Positions 38,519 to 49,300 of a stretch of DNA of 64,000 nucleotides are shown piece by piece. Both the position numbers and the translations under genes were made by a program. The stretch lies in NCBI GenBank assembly GCA_017397545.1, contig JAFQIK010000014.1, forward strand, positions 1,070-65,069, read 5' to 3'. The notes under the pieces are model-generated. The model had not been told where the DNA came from. It made no database searches and was given only the letters and a program-made list of their open reading frames with translations. The DNA comes from Clostridia bacterium (GTDB lineage: Bacteria > Bacillota > Clostridia > TANB77 > CAG-508). Position 1 is the first letter of the stretch; each line of letters begins with the position of its first letter.

Positions 38519-39373
38519 ATGAGTAATTTAGTATCATATTTATTTGAAACAAACGCTTTAAGAATTTGTCCAGATAATAAACCTTTTTGGTATACTTCTG
38601 GCAAAATAGGACCATATTATATTAACACACATTTTCTTTATGGAAGTGAGCAAAATGCTGTAGATTTATTAAGCTTTATAGATGCTGAAAAATCAGACAA
38701 AGAAGCGCTTCCTAAAAAAGTTTTTGAAAAAACTTTAAATCATTATTCTGAAAATCAAATCTATAAAAATGTAATTGATGAAATGATTAGTTTTATAAAC
38801 GAAAATATAGATGTTAATGAAATAGACTATATTTCAGGTGGAGAAAGAAGAGATTGGTTCTTCTCTAATATAGTTGCAAACAAACTTGGCAAACCACATA
38901 TTACTATATATAAAGACTTAAGTATGGTAATAAATGATAGTAACTTCAAAACAGAAATTGCTAAATCAGATGTTAAAGGAGCAAAAGTGTTACATATAGC
39001 AGATTTAATTACAGAAGCATCTAGCTATATAAGAGCTTGGATTCCTGCAATAAAAAGTTTAGATTCAGAAATTGTATGGAGCACAGTTGTTGTAGATAGA
39101 ATGCAAGGCGGAAAAGAAAAATTAGAAAACGAAAATGTAAAATCACTATCAATGATCAACATAGATAAAAGCTTATTTGAAAAAGCACTTAGCATGAATA
39201 TAATAAACGAAACTCAAGCTGAAATGTTAAATAACTTCTACGAAAATCCAGATGAAACTATGAGAAACTTCCTTATAGCTCATCCTGAATTTTTAGAAAA
39301 CGCACTTGCATCTGATGAAAAAACAGCAGCAAGAGCAAAACTATGTATAGACAGTAATTTATATAATTTATAA
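38519..39373 (+). CDS. Phosphoribosyltransferase-family protein, possibly a divergent orotate phosphoribosyltransferase
   Basis: PRTase-like loop VLHIADLITEASS. It is divergent from the pyr cluster. The ATG at 38519 follows GGAGG. The family assignment is tentative. Confidence 0.45.
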   Translation: MSNLVSYLFETNALRICPDNKPFWYTSGKIGPYYINTHFLYGSEQNAVDLLSFIDAEKSDKEALPKKVFEKTLNHYSENQIYKNVIDEMISFINENIDVNEIDYISGGERRDWFFSNIVANKLGKPHITIYKDLSMVINDSNFKTEIAKSDVKGAKVLHIADLITEASSYIRAWIPAIKSLDSEIVWSTVVVDRMQGGKEKLENENVKSLSMINIDKSLFEKALSMNIINETQAEMLNNFYENPDETMRNFLIAHPEFLENALASDEKTAARAKLCIDSNLYNL

Positions 39374-39382
39374 TAGTTTTAA

Positions 39383-39417
39383 AAAAGGAAAAAGGGGCCA
39401 ATCCCCTTTTTTCCTTT
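39383..39417. terminator. Bidirectional intrinsic terminator
   Basis: AAAAGGAAAAAGGGG-ccaat-CCCCTTTTTCCTTTT between convergent genes. Confidence 0.8.
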
Positions 39418-39421
39418 TGTT

Positions 39422-40822
39422 TTATTTCATAAATGCTTCGTATGTTCTATAGCTTTCGTATATATCAAATTTGCTTGTTACTTCGTATGGTGAGTGCATT
39501 GATAATACTGGCACTCCACAATCTATTACGTCTATTCCTTTGTTTGCCAAAATGTAAGCTATTGTTCCGCCTCCGCCTACATCTACTTTTCCAAGCTCTC
39601 CTATTTGATATGCTATATTATTACTTTCTAGCATTGCTCTTATTTCAGCTACGTATTCTGCGTTTGCATCTGATGCTCCTGATTTTCCTCTTGAACCTGT
39701 ATATTTGTTAAATCCTATTCCATATCCTAAGAATGATGCATTATTCTTTTCTGATACTGATGCATATATTGGATCTAATGCTGCATCTACATCTGCTGAT
39801 AACATTCTTGAGTTGCAAAATACTTTATCTAATAAGTTAGGTCTGTTTTCTCCTCTTTTGTTTAATAATTCTGCAATAAATGTATCAAATACATGTGATT
39901 CCATTCCTGTATTTCCCATACTTCCGATTTCTTCTTTGTCTGATAATATGCATACTGCTGTTTTTTTAGGGTTGTGTATGTTTAATATTGCTCTTAATTC
40001 TGCATATGCACATACTCTATCGTCTTGTCCATATCCTGCTACCATACTTCTATCAAATCCTAAACTTTTTGCTTTAAATGCAGGTACTAATTCTATTTCT
40101 GCACTTAATAAATCTTTTTCTGTTATTCCATATTTTTCGTTTAATATTTTTAATACGTTTAATTTTACTTTTTCTGATGTTTTGTCATCTCCATATGGAA
40201 TGCTTCCTATTAAAAGATTTAAATCTTCTCCTGAAATTCCTTCTCTTAACTTTTTATCCATTTGGTCTTGTGCTAAGTGTGGAAGTAAATCTGTTATTGT
40301 AAATATTGGATCAGCTTCGTCTTCTCCTATATTTATTTTAACTTTTTCTCCACTTGTTTTAACAATTACACCATGTATACTTAAGGGAATTGTTGTCCAT
40401 TGATATTTTTTTATTCCTCCATAATAATGCGTTTTAAAGTATGCAAATCCTGTGTCTTCGTATAATGGGTTTGGTTTTAGGTCTAATCTTGGTGAATCTA
40501 TATGAGCACCTAAAATATTTAATCCTGTTTCTAATTTATCTGTTCCTATCACTGCCATGTAAATACTTTTTCCTCTATTTACATAGTAAACCTTGTCACC
40601 TGGTTCTAAAACTAATTTATCTCTTAAATCTACAAATCCATTTTTTTGTAGAACTTCTTTTGCAAATTCTGCTGCTTCTCTTTCTGTTTTTGCGTTATTT
40701 AAAAAATAAATATATTCGTCTGCAAATGTATTTATTTTTTGTTTTTCTTCTTCTGCTAAACCTTCCCAACCACATTTTTTATTATTAAATAATTTCTCTT
40801 TTAAGCTTTCGTATTCTGACAT
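39422..40822 (-). CDS. M18-family aminopeptidase
   Basis: 466 aa with GAHIDSPRLDLKPNPL, GYGQDDRVC, SDKEEIGS and SMHSPYE motifs. Confidence 0.85.
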   Translation of the reverse strand: MSEYESLKEKLFNNKKCGWEGLAEEEKQKINTFADEYIYFLNNAKTEREAAEFAKEVLQKNGFVDLRDKLVLEPGDKVYYVNRGKSIYMAVIGTDKLETGLNILGAHIDSPRLDLKPNPLYEDTGFAYFKTHYYGGIKKYQWTTIPLSIHGVIVKTSGEKVKINIGEDEADPIFTITDLLPHLAQDQMDKKLREGISGEDLNLLIGSIPYGDDKTSEKVKLNVLKILNEKYGITEKDLLSAEIELVPAFKAKSLGFDRSMVAGYGQDDRVCAYAELRAILNIHNPKKTAVCILSDKEEIGSMGNTGMESHVFDTFIAELLNKRGENRPNLLDKVFCNSRMLSADVDAALDPIYASVSEKNNASFLGYGIGFNKYTGSRGKSGASDANAEYVAEIRAMLESNNIAYQIGELGKVDVGGGGTIAYILANKGIDVIDCGVPVLSMHSPYEVTSKFDIYESYRTYEAFMK

Positions 40823-41199
40823 AATATTCTCCTTTCGTTTTTTATACTAAAGTTTGCCTTCACAATGTTCGAGGTACAAACCTTAATAACAGGTATTCCT
40901 AATCTTGCTAGGAATGTCTCTCACTTTAAATGATTATATCACAAGCATTTCTTTCATACAATATCTTCCATTAATATTTATTATATCTATTTTTAATGTT
41001 AATATGCACAGAAGAACACCTCAATATTGAAATACATTAGCAATATCATAAATTCTTTCTTCTTTTTCACTTTATTATCTAAATTAAGTCCGTCTAAAAA
41101 AAGAAAAAAAGACCAAATTAAGTCCGTCCGAAAAAGGAAAAAAACGAAGAGAGCGAAAACAAAAGGAAGAATTTATTTCTCCCTTTTGCTTATTTTATG

Positions 41200-44100
41200 C
41201 TATTTTTTTATTACAATTTTTTTAATTAGAATTATTCCTACTCCTATTAGAGCTAATGAACTTATTGTTATTATTGTTATTATCATTGCTGTATTTTTGT
41301 TTTGTCCTGTTGGTTTAGAAATAATTATTGTTTCTCCCCAGAATTCGTCTGCTTCATTTATTTTTATATATCCGCTTGTTTCTTCTTGTTTAATTCCAGT
41401 AATGTTTCCTTCTGCATCTTTTGTTGCATATGAATCTAGTGATATTTCGTTATCTTCACTATGTACATAACTTAAGTTTTCTGGTACTGCTATATTTTCT
41501 CTTCCTGCTGCATTTGAATATGATACTATTTCTGCTATATAACTTGGTATATTTACTCCTATTTCTCCATTATTTGATGATGATAACGTTGTTTCTACTC
41601 TTAATACATTTTCCTCGTTCATTGCTCCTATTTCTAATTTTCCAATTTCTTTTTTTGTCTGTACTACTGTCATTATATTTTTTGTAACTATATTTCCTTC
41701 TGTGTCATAATAATTTTTAGCTGTTTCACTCTCATTTATTTTATTAAATGAATTTACTGGTGTATCTTCTGTATATGTCAATTTATTGTTTAGTGCCTCC
41801 TCTAATTTGCTTACTTTAGATAATACTTCCTTGTCGTTACTTCCTTTTGTTCCTGTATAATAGAATTCCCCTAGCCATTTTCCATAACCACTTGTCAATC
41901 CTTTATCTAAATTATTTGCTTCTACCTCACTTCTTTTTTGTAATAAAATTTGTTTGTATTCGGATGGAGTTAAGTTTTCATAGCTACTTGCTAAAAATTG
42001 GTTTAAATAATCTGGTGTACTTTCATTTTTTACTACATAGGTATATTCAACTTCTAATTTAGCTCCTTGTATAAGTTCTTCTATATCTGTTTCCACCTTC
42101 CAGAATCCTCTATCTGCTCTTGTTGATGCTATTGTAGCAAGTCCTGTTGTTATTCCTTGTGGGCTATCATTTGCAGTATCAGTATCATAATATGTATTAA
42201 TATCCTTTGTTGCATCTATAATTGGTTGTACTCCTGTTCCAGTTGGTGTTATTTTTAATCCTGTTATATGTTTTTCTACAGTTAATTTTGTTTCAGGTCT
42301 TTTCATTAATCCGAAATTAACTTTATCAAAAGTTGAATTAATTCCTACATCTATCTTAGATGTTTCTGCACTCATCCATGTTTTGTATGATACATAGTAT
42401 TTTACTAGGCTATATATTTCTTCTTCTGAAGGATTTTCTGGTATGCTTATTGTTGTATCATAAGGATTTCCTTTTGATGCTCTATAAGCAAATTTTACTT
42501 CTAACGTATTTTTATCTAAAGAATTATAATACTCTTTTAATAATGTTTTTTCTTCGCCTGTAAATTGACTAAAATCTTTATTAAGTGTATTTAATGCTAC
42601 ACCTAATCCTCCATCAACTTCTGTAGAGAATGCCATTACTTCTAACCTTCTTGCTTCGTTATCTCTCGCTGTTGATTTCCCATCATAATTTGTATTATCA
42701 TACCATTCTTCTTTGTAAGATAAATCTACTGTAGATTTATAGTCTTGTCCATTATATTTCATATCTTCTAATACTTTTGTTGTTCCATCACTATTTAGAT
42801 AAACTGTTGTTCCATCACCATATATAAATCTTATTATGTAATTTCCTGGTATGAACCCTGTTTTTAAGCCTATATTTCCATCTGTTTTTACCTCATATCC
42901 TAGGAATTGATATTGTCCATCTATATTGCCTGTCAATTTATTAGTATAAGTATATACCTGATTTTCTGTGTTTCTTGCTTTCACCTGATTACTTCCTGAT
43001 ACTGTTTCTTGCCAAATATATTCATATGTCTTTCCATCTATTTTTCCTTGTACTATTTCTATAAGTTGTACGATTACATCATTTATTCTAGTGCTATCTA
43101 AAGTTCCATCGGCATTAGTATCCTCTGCAACATTACCACTTATTTCTCTTGCATTTTCTTCAAGCTTAAATGTTACACTTGCTTTTGATAAATCGTCTTC
43201 TTCTTTTCCATTTCCTGGTTCTGAATCAACATCTATTAATGCTCCTTCTGCTGTTGTATATGATATTACTTCTGCTGTTGTTTCTACTATTAATCCTTTT
43301 TCTGTTGCAATTTCTGATGGTAAATTTCTATTATTATCTTTTCTAACTTTAAACACTATTTCTACTGATTTTTCAGTAACATCACTTGATAATTCCACTG
43401 CCCTTAAATTAATAATTCCGTCATCATCGCTCTTTTCTTCACCATTTATATATTTTAACTCATACTTATTATAATCATATGTATATTTTATATCTACACT
43501 CTCTGTTTTGTTAGTATTTTGACTAGTTACTACTAATTTATATGTTACATATGCTTCTAATTCAGCTGTTTGTAATGCATCTTTACGAAGGATTTCATCA
43601 TTAAACTCTTCTATCTTTTGTTCATAATTATCAAATCTATAATAATAATCTGAATAATTAATGCTACTGCTATATGTTACTTTATTGCCTGCATTTTCGG
43701 TTAATTCTTTACCATTTATTGTATATTTTACATTTTGGATCAAATTATCTATTCTTATGTCATAGTATTTTGTTGTTAAACCACAGTCTATATTTTCTGT
43801 CGTATCTGTATATGTATTTGTATATGCTAGAATTTTAGAATTTCCAGGCGTACTTCCATCTACTGTTGCTTCTAATACAGATTTTCTGTTGTTATAACTA
43901 TATGTTAATGTAGTTCCATCATTTGATTTCCCTTGTGCTATTGTTTTAAATCTATCATTAAATTTTGTTCTTTCATCTAAATTCTCTCCTGCTTTAGAAT
44001 CTCCTTTTATTCCTACATCGTTAAATAGTATTCCATTATATTCAAAATATATTTTATATCCTTTTTCTGTTTTTGCTATATCTTTAAATATATATTTTCC

Positions 44101-46324
44101 TTCTGAATCTGTTTCTACTGTTGTTATTATCTTATTATCATCCACACTAAATAAATGTACTTTTACTCCTTGTACTCTTTGCTCTGTATTACCTTTTTTT
44201 CCGTCTGGATTAGCTACTGCTTTTTCTCCTTCTTGTGCATCTATCCATACTTGTCCTGATAAATCTATTACTTTTAAATTTGTAAGATTGATACATATTT
44301 TATTTGTAAATGTAGCTTCATACTCTGCTTTATCTAACCCTTCTGCTATTCTCAATACATAACGTGAGTCATTAGAGTCAATCGTATTATTAAAATTTGT
44401 GTCTGCTAAAATTATTTGTTTGTCAGTAAATTCATCTAAAGCAACTGAAACTTTTAGTATTGTATTATAATCTGTTTCATTTATTATCCCATCCATATTA
44501 ATATCACCAAGCATGCATGAATCAGATATTCCTTTATATTCTTTAATGCTTATTTTATTTCCGTCTTTATCTATAGTTTCTACTTTATAAACTAATGAGT
44601 CAGAATTAATTTTTGTTATTGTTATTTTTATTGTCCCATTAATAAGTTTATATCCTTCTAATGTTTCTATTTCTTCTATCTCTATTTCAACATCTTGACT
44701 AACATCTTTTATTACCACGTCTGTCAAACTTAAACTTCCATTATTAACTTGGTCTTCTAATATAATTATTCCATCAGTAGCTGTCGAAGAATAGTTGCCT
44801 ATTTTTTCAACATTAGTTACTTTTATTCTAAATTTAACACCTGTTAATCTATCACTAGTAATTGCATCTGTTTTTAGTATTTCTATTTTATCTATTTTAC
44901 GTTTATTCTTTATTATAATGTTTTTGTTTTCATCAATGTCAATATTACTTGAAGATTCTGTAATAGATGTTACATCTCCTGTTTCTGTATCATAATTAAC
45001 TAATAACTCAACCGAATTATTTAATCCATTATATCCATTAGGAGCAACATTTTCTGTAACTAGAATCTTAAATTCTCCTTTTGAAAAGTCTGTTGGAGTT
45101 ATACTAATTTCACCAAATTTCCCATTTTCCCCTGAAGATTTTAATGTTTGCGAAAGTTTTTCTGTATTTCCTCCTTCTACACTTGATACTGTAATTTCTG
45201 CTCCTGCTAATCCTAATCCTTCAAAATTTTTTTTGTACATATTTAATGTAACTGTTGGCTTTTGTTCAATTTTTTCTGTTTTAAAAATTATTCTTTTTTG
45301 TCCTCCACCATTAGTCCCAACAACATAAATAGTTGCTTTATATAAATCTGAATCTAAAGAATTTTTTCCTTCACTTATTTCTTTCAATTTCGCTCTATAT
45401 TTGGTTAATAACCCCGAATTCTGATTAACGTAAATCTTAGATTCACTATATCTAGTCCCCATTCCGTTATTTTCGTATGTACCTATATTAAAAATTTCAG
45501 TTAATCCCAATAGCGAATTTACATTTTTATTTATAGTATCTGCATTGTACCACAAATGTTTTTGCATAATAATGACGCTAGGAGAATCCATATATCCTAA
45601 AACTTGTACAGTACCATCGTGATAGATACCCCATGTAGTACCGGCAATTATATGTTTCATTAAGGAAAAAAGCTAAATCATTTAAATATACAAATTTATC
45701 CAAGTCATCAGCTGAACATTCGTCTATTTTTTTTACTACTGTTTCAGTACCTTTATAGTTTTTATGTGTTAATGAAATTTCATATGGAGAAATAGATAAT
45801 ATAGACTGTATATAATAACTACCACTATTTCCACCATTACCCGCTTCTGAACATAATACATTAGGAATTACTTCATATGCATTATCATTTAATAAAGAAT
45901 TATTCTTTCCTGCTCCCATAACAAACTTTTGTTCATCAACCTTTTCACCATTTTCTCTCGTAAGAGAGCCAGTTCCGTATGTATCTTCGTAATCTCCAAT
46001 CTTAACTTCTTTTCCAACCTTCCAATCATCAACAGATTCATTTTGTAACAGTTTAGTAGCTAATACTAAATAATGATTATCTGGTACATTAATCAAACTT
46101 ATAGTCCTTTTATGCTCATTATTCCAATCTTTAAATGCATCTGGTACTTCTTGAGCATTATTTATTAACTTATATCTTTCTTCATAATTTGAAGTTTCCC
46201 ACCTTGCTTCAGCATTTGAAAATGTTACTGTTGTTGTAGCTGCTAAGCTGTATGTTTGTATTAAAAATGATAATCCTAATATAATTAAAATAGTTAAAAC
46301 TAATTTTATAACCTTTTTGTTCAT
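41200..46324 (-). CDS. Giant surface adhesin (about 1707 aa): signal peptide, SpaA/CnaB-like and SdrD B-like domains, internal dockerin-like module, C-terminal sorting-signal-like tail; needs a +1 shift at CGG
   Basis: ORF 45578..46324 has the signal peptide MNKKVIKLVLTILIILGLSFLIQTYSLA. ORF 41200..45660 lacks one and overlaps it by 83 nt. The join is NETYNC|GTTWGIYHDG. Motifs include ENVAPNGY and GQVWIDAQEG...GVKVHLF...TDSEGKYIF. The tail is SKPTGQNKN plus a TM segment plus KKIVIKK. Confidence 0.75.
45641..45643 (-). other. In-frame CGG, +1 shift site (AAT TGC CGG TAC -> N C | G T T)
   Basis: The codon is in phase with ORF 45578..46324. GGT at 45642-45640 is in phase with ORF 41200..45660. 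Confidence 0.65.
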
Positions 46325-46343
46325 CTTCTCACCGCCCTCCTTT

Positions 46344-49300
46344 TTAACCTTTCAAAACTTTCTTATCTATTAAATAAATTCCTATTCCTAAAACTAATAT
46401 GCTTGCTATTACAATTCCTACATACATTGCTCCACTACCTGTTTTTATTGATACTATTAGGCTTGCTTCTCCTATATCATCTTCTCCTGCTACGTTGTTT
46501 GCTACATTAGAATCTTTTTCTTGTATTCCTTCTAAGTTTGAACTTTTTGCTATTTCTGCTGTGTTTTCTATTGTTCCTAAGCTATTACTATTTAAAGATT
46601 TTGTTAATACTAGTTTAACTGTTTTTGTTTCTCCTTGTTCTATTATTTCATTTGCTAATGTTATATTGTGTAGATTTCCTTCTGAATCTTCATACCACTG
46701 TGGATTCATTTCTGAGTTAAATTCTAATTCTTTTGGAGTATAGTCTACTATATCTCCTACATATCCTACTACTTCGCCTTCATTTGTAACTTTTATTTCA
46801 TATTGTACTAATAGTGTTGTTTTATTTACTTGTTTTGCTGGTATTTCTACTTTTCCTAGTGTTGCTTCATTAAATTGATATGTTTTACTCTCTTCTTCGT
46901 TTGTTACTATTACTTTGGCTACATATTTATCTAATCTTAAATCAAATTTTGCATTTTCTATTAATCCTATATCTATATTTTGAATATTAGCATTTTCTAT
47001 TTTTATTACATCTGTTGTTGCTAATAATACCTGTTTATTATTTATTACAATTTCTTTTAAAATTACATCTGAATTTTGTTCTTCTTTTGCTCCTGCTACT
47101 TGATATTTACTTACTGTATATTTTTGCGTATCATATTCAAATGCTACTATGTATTCCCCTTTTGGCACATTGTTTAATTTGTATGTTCCTGAAATTGAAG
47201 TTAATGTTGTTATTTCTTCTCCTTCTACATTTTTCACTATATTACCTTGGTTATTTAATAACATTACTTTTACTGCTTGCATTATTTTTTCTTGGCTATC
47301 TCTTACTCCATTCTTGTTCTCATCTAACCATGCAATTCCTGATATTGAATATGTTCCTTCTTTCTCATCTGGTTTTTTTGAATCCTCTTCATTTTCCACA
47401 AATATTTTATTTACTAATTCTTCTGTTTCAATATCATCAATTTGTGAAGAACTAATATACAATTTATTTGATATTTTATCTACATTACTATGTTTAACAT
47501 TTACTTTTGTATTTATAATTATTGTAATACTATCTTGTGCTTTTATTTCTTCATTTATTGTTAATAAGCTTATCTCTTCTACTATTCCAATGTTTCTTTC
47601 TTCTCCATTACTATATACTACTTTAGCACTTATAACATCTAATTCTTCTTGTATAAAATCACTTATTCTTAAATTATATGCATCTATATATCCTTTATTT
47701 TTTATTGTTGCTATATATTGTATTTCATCATTATCTTTTACTTCTTTTCCTTGCATATTAGATTTAAAACTAACATCTAACTCTGTTTTTCCTTGTAATA
47801 CATTAATTATATAATCATTTGAATAATATGTATTTGAATCACCTTGAATATTTGCTTTTGCAACTAAACTAATTTTTTTATTAAGTTTTACAATCTCCAT
47901 ATCATCTGTTAATAATTTTATCTTTATACTATCTTTTTCATTTGGTAATATTTTTTCAAATGTAACAAATATTTTATTATTATCTTTTGTTATTGAAACA
48001 TCATCTCTTACACTTACAAAAAACTGATTATCTATATTACAGTCAAATCCTTTTGGTAAATCCATTTTTATAGTTACATTATTTAATTCTTCATTTATTA
48101 AATTACTTACTTCTAAAATTATATCTGTATTTGAACTACTATATGTTTTATTATTTTCTGTATATCCATATTTTAATTTTAATGATATTTTTCCTTCTTC
48201 TATATTTCTTTCGTCAGTTACTTTCTTTTCTTCAATTTGTTCTGCTGTAATTATAATTTCATTTTTCATCATTTTTTCAGTATCTGAATTATTATTATAT
48301 ACTACAATTAAATATTCAATAGTAGTTATATTTCCACCTTCTAGTTTAGATATTGTTGCTATTTCTCTTTCTTTTATATCTTTTTCATATTCGTCATATA
48401 CATATACTGGTTTTCCTTCTGGATATATAGGCTCTCCATTTGCATCAACTGAATCATCATATATTGTTCCATTTTGTACTAAATCATAAAATACTGCATT
48501 TTGTATATTGGCATTTACTTTAATATTATTAATATCTTCATTTGTATTATTTCTTAGTTTTACTTTATATCTTAATACTTGTCCATTTAATATTTCTTCA
48601 TCTTTTGAAAGTTCCTTTCCACCTGCTGTTACTTCTACATTTACGCTTATTTTTTCACTTTCTATTACTTCTTCTGACTCTTTTGCATTATTTATTACTG
48701 TATATAGTAATTCTTCTTCAACTGTTTGATTTTCAATTACATAGTTTAGTTTAACCTCTGTATTAAAAGAATCTTTTTCTTGTAATGTTTCTTCTATTGT
48801 ATTTAAAACATACTCTATTTCTATTCCATTTGCTTGTTCTAATTCTCCTATTTCTATTTTAAATGCTTTTACTGTTGTATAGTCTTCTATAACATCTATC
48901 CATTCTTCTACTGTTGGATTTTCTTTAGTTGCATAGTAAATAGAAGCATTATCTAAATTTGTTTGTAACGCTGTTTTTAAATTTGTTCCTACTGGTATAT
49001 TTCCCATTAAAGTAGTATTTGTAATTTTTTCTCCGTAATTATTTATAATATTTGATTTTAATTTTATTTCTGAATTTTCTGTTATTTCAATTGTTACATT
49101 ATTATTAATAGCTTCTATTTTATTTTCTCCTACTTGAATAGAATTTCTGCTTAATATTCCTTTTCTAGAAATAACACTAATTTTATTTAATTTTTCTATA
49201 TTTTCTTCACCATTAATACAAGTAGTTTTTATTTCTACTTCTTTATCTGGCATAAATTCATTTGCTTTTACTTTCAAATACATTACAACATTTGCACTTG

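Noticed and set aside
40823-41026. Structured leader or riboswitch upstream of the aminopeptidase gene
   Set aside because: Small hairpins are visible (ATTCCTA-gcaagat-TAGGAAT; ACCT-gttatta-AGGT). I could not match them to any known riboswitch class, so the evidence is insufficient.
41027-41470. Plus-strand 147-aa ORF downstream of the aminopeptidase region
   Set aside because: It starts in a poly-A/K-rich intergenic stretch and runs antisense into the adhesin 3' end. It is low complexity.
45666-45671. A6/T6 homopolymer tract as the frameshift point of the giant adhesin (phase variation)
   Set aside because: Losing one base here would also fuse the ORFs. However, the overlap also contains an in-frame TGC-CGG-T followed by +1 GGT, matching the nine other sites. 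I keep this as the less likely alternative.
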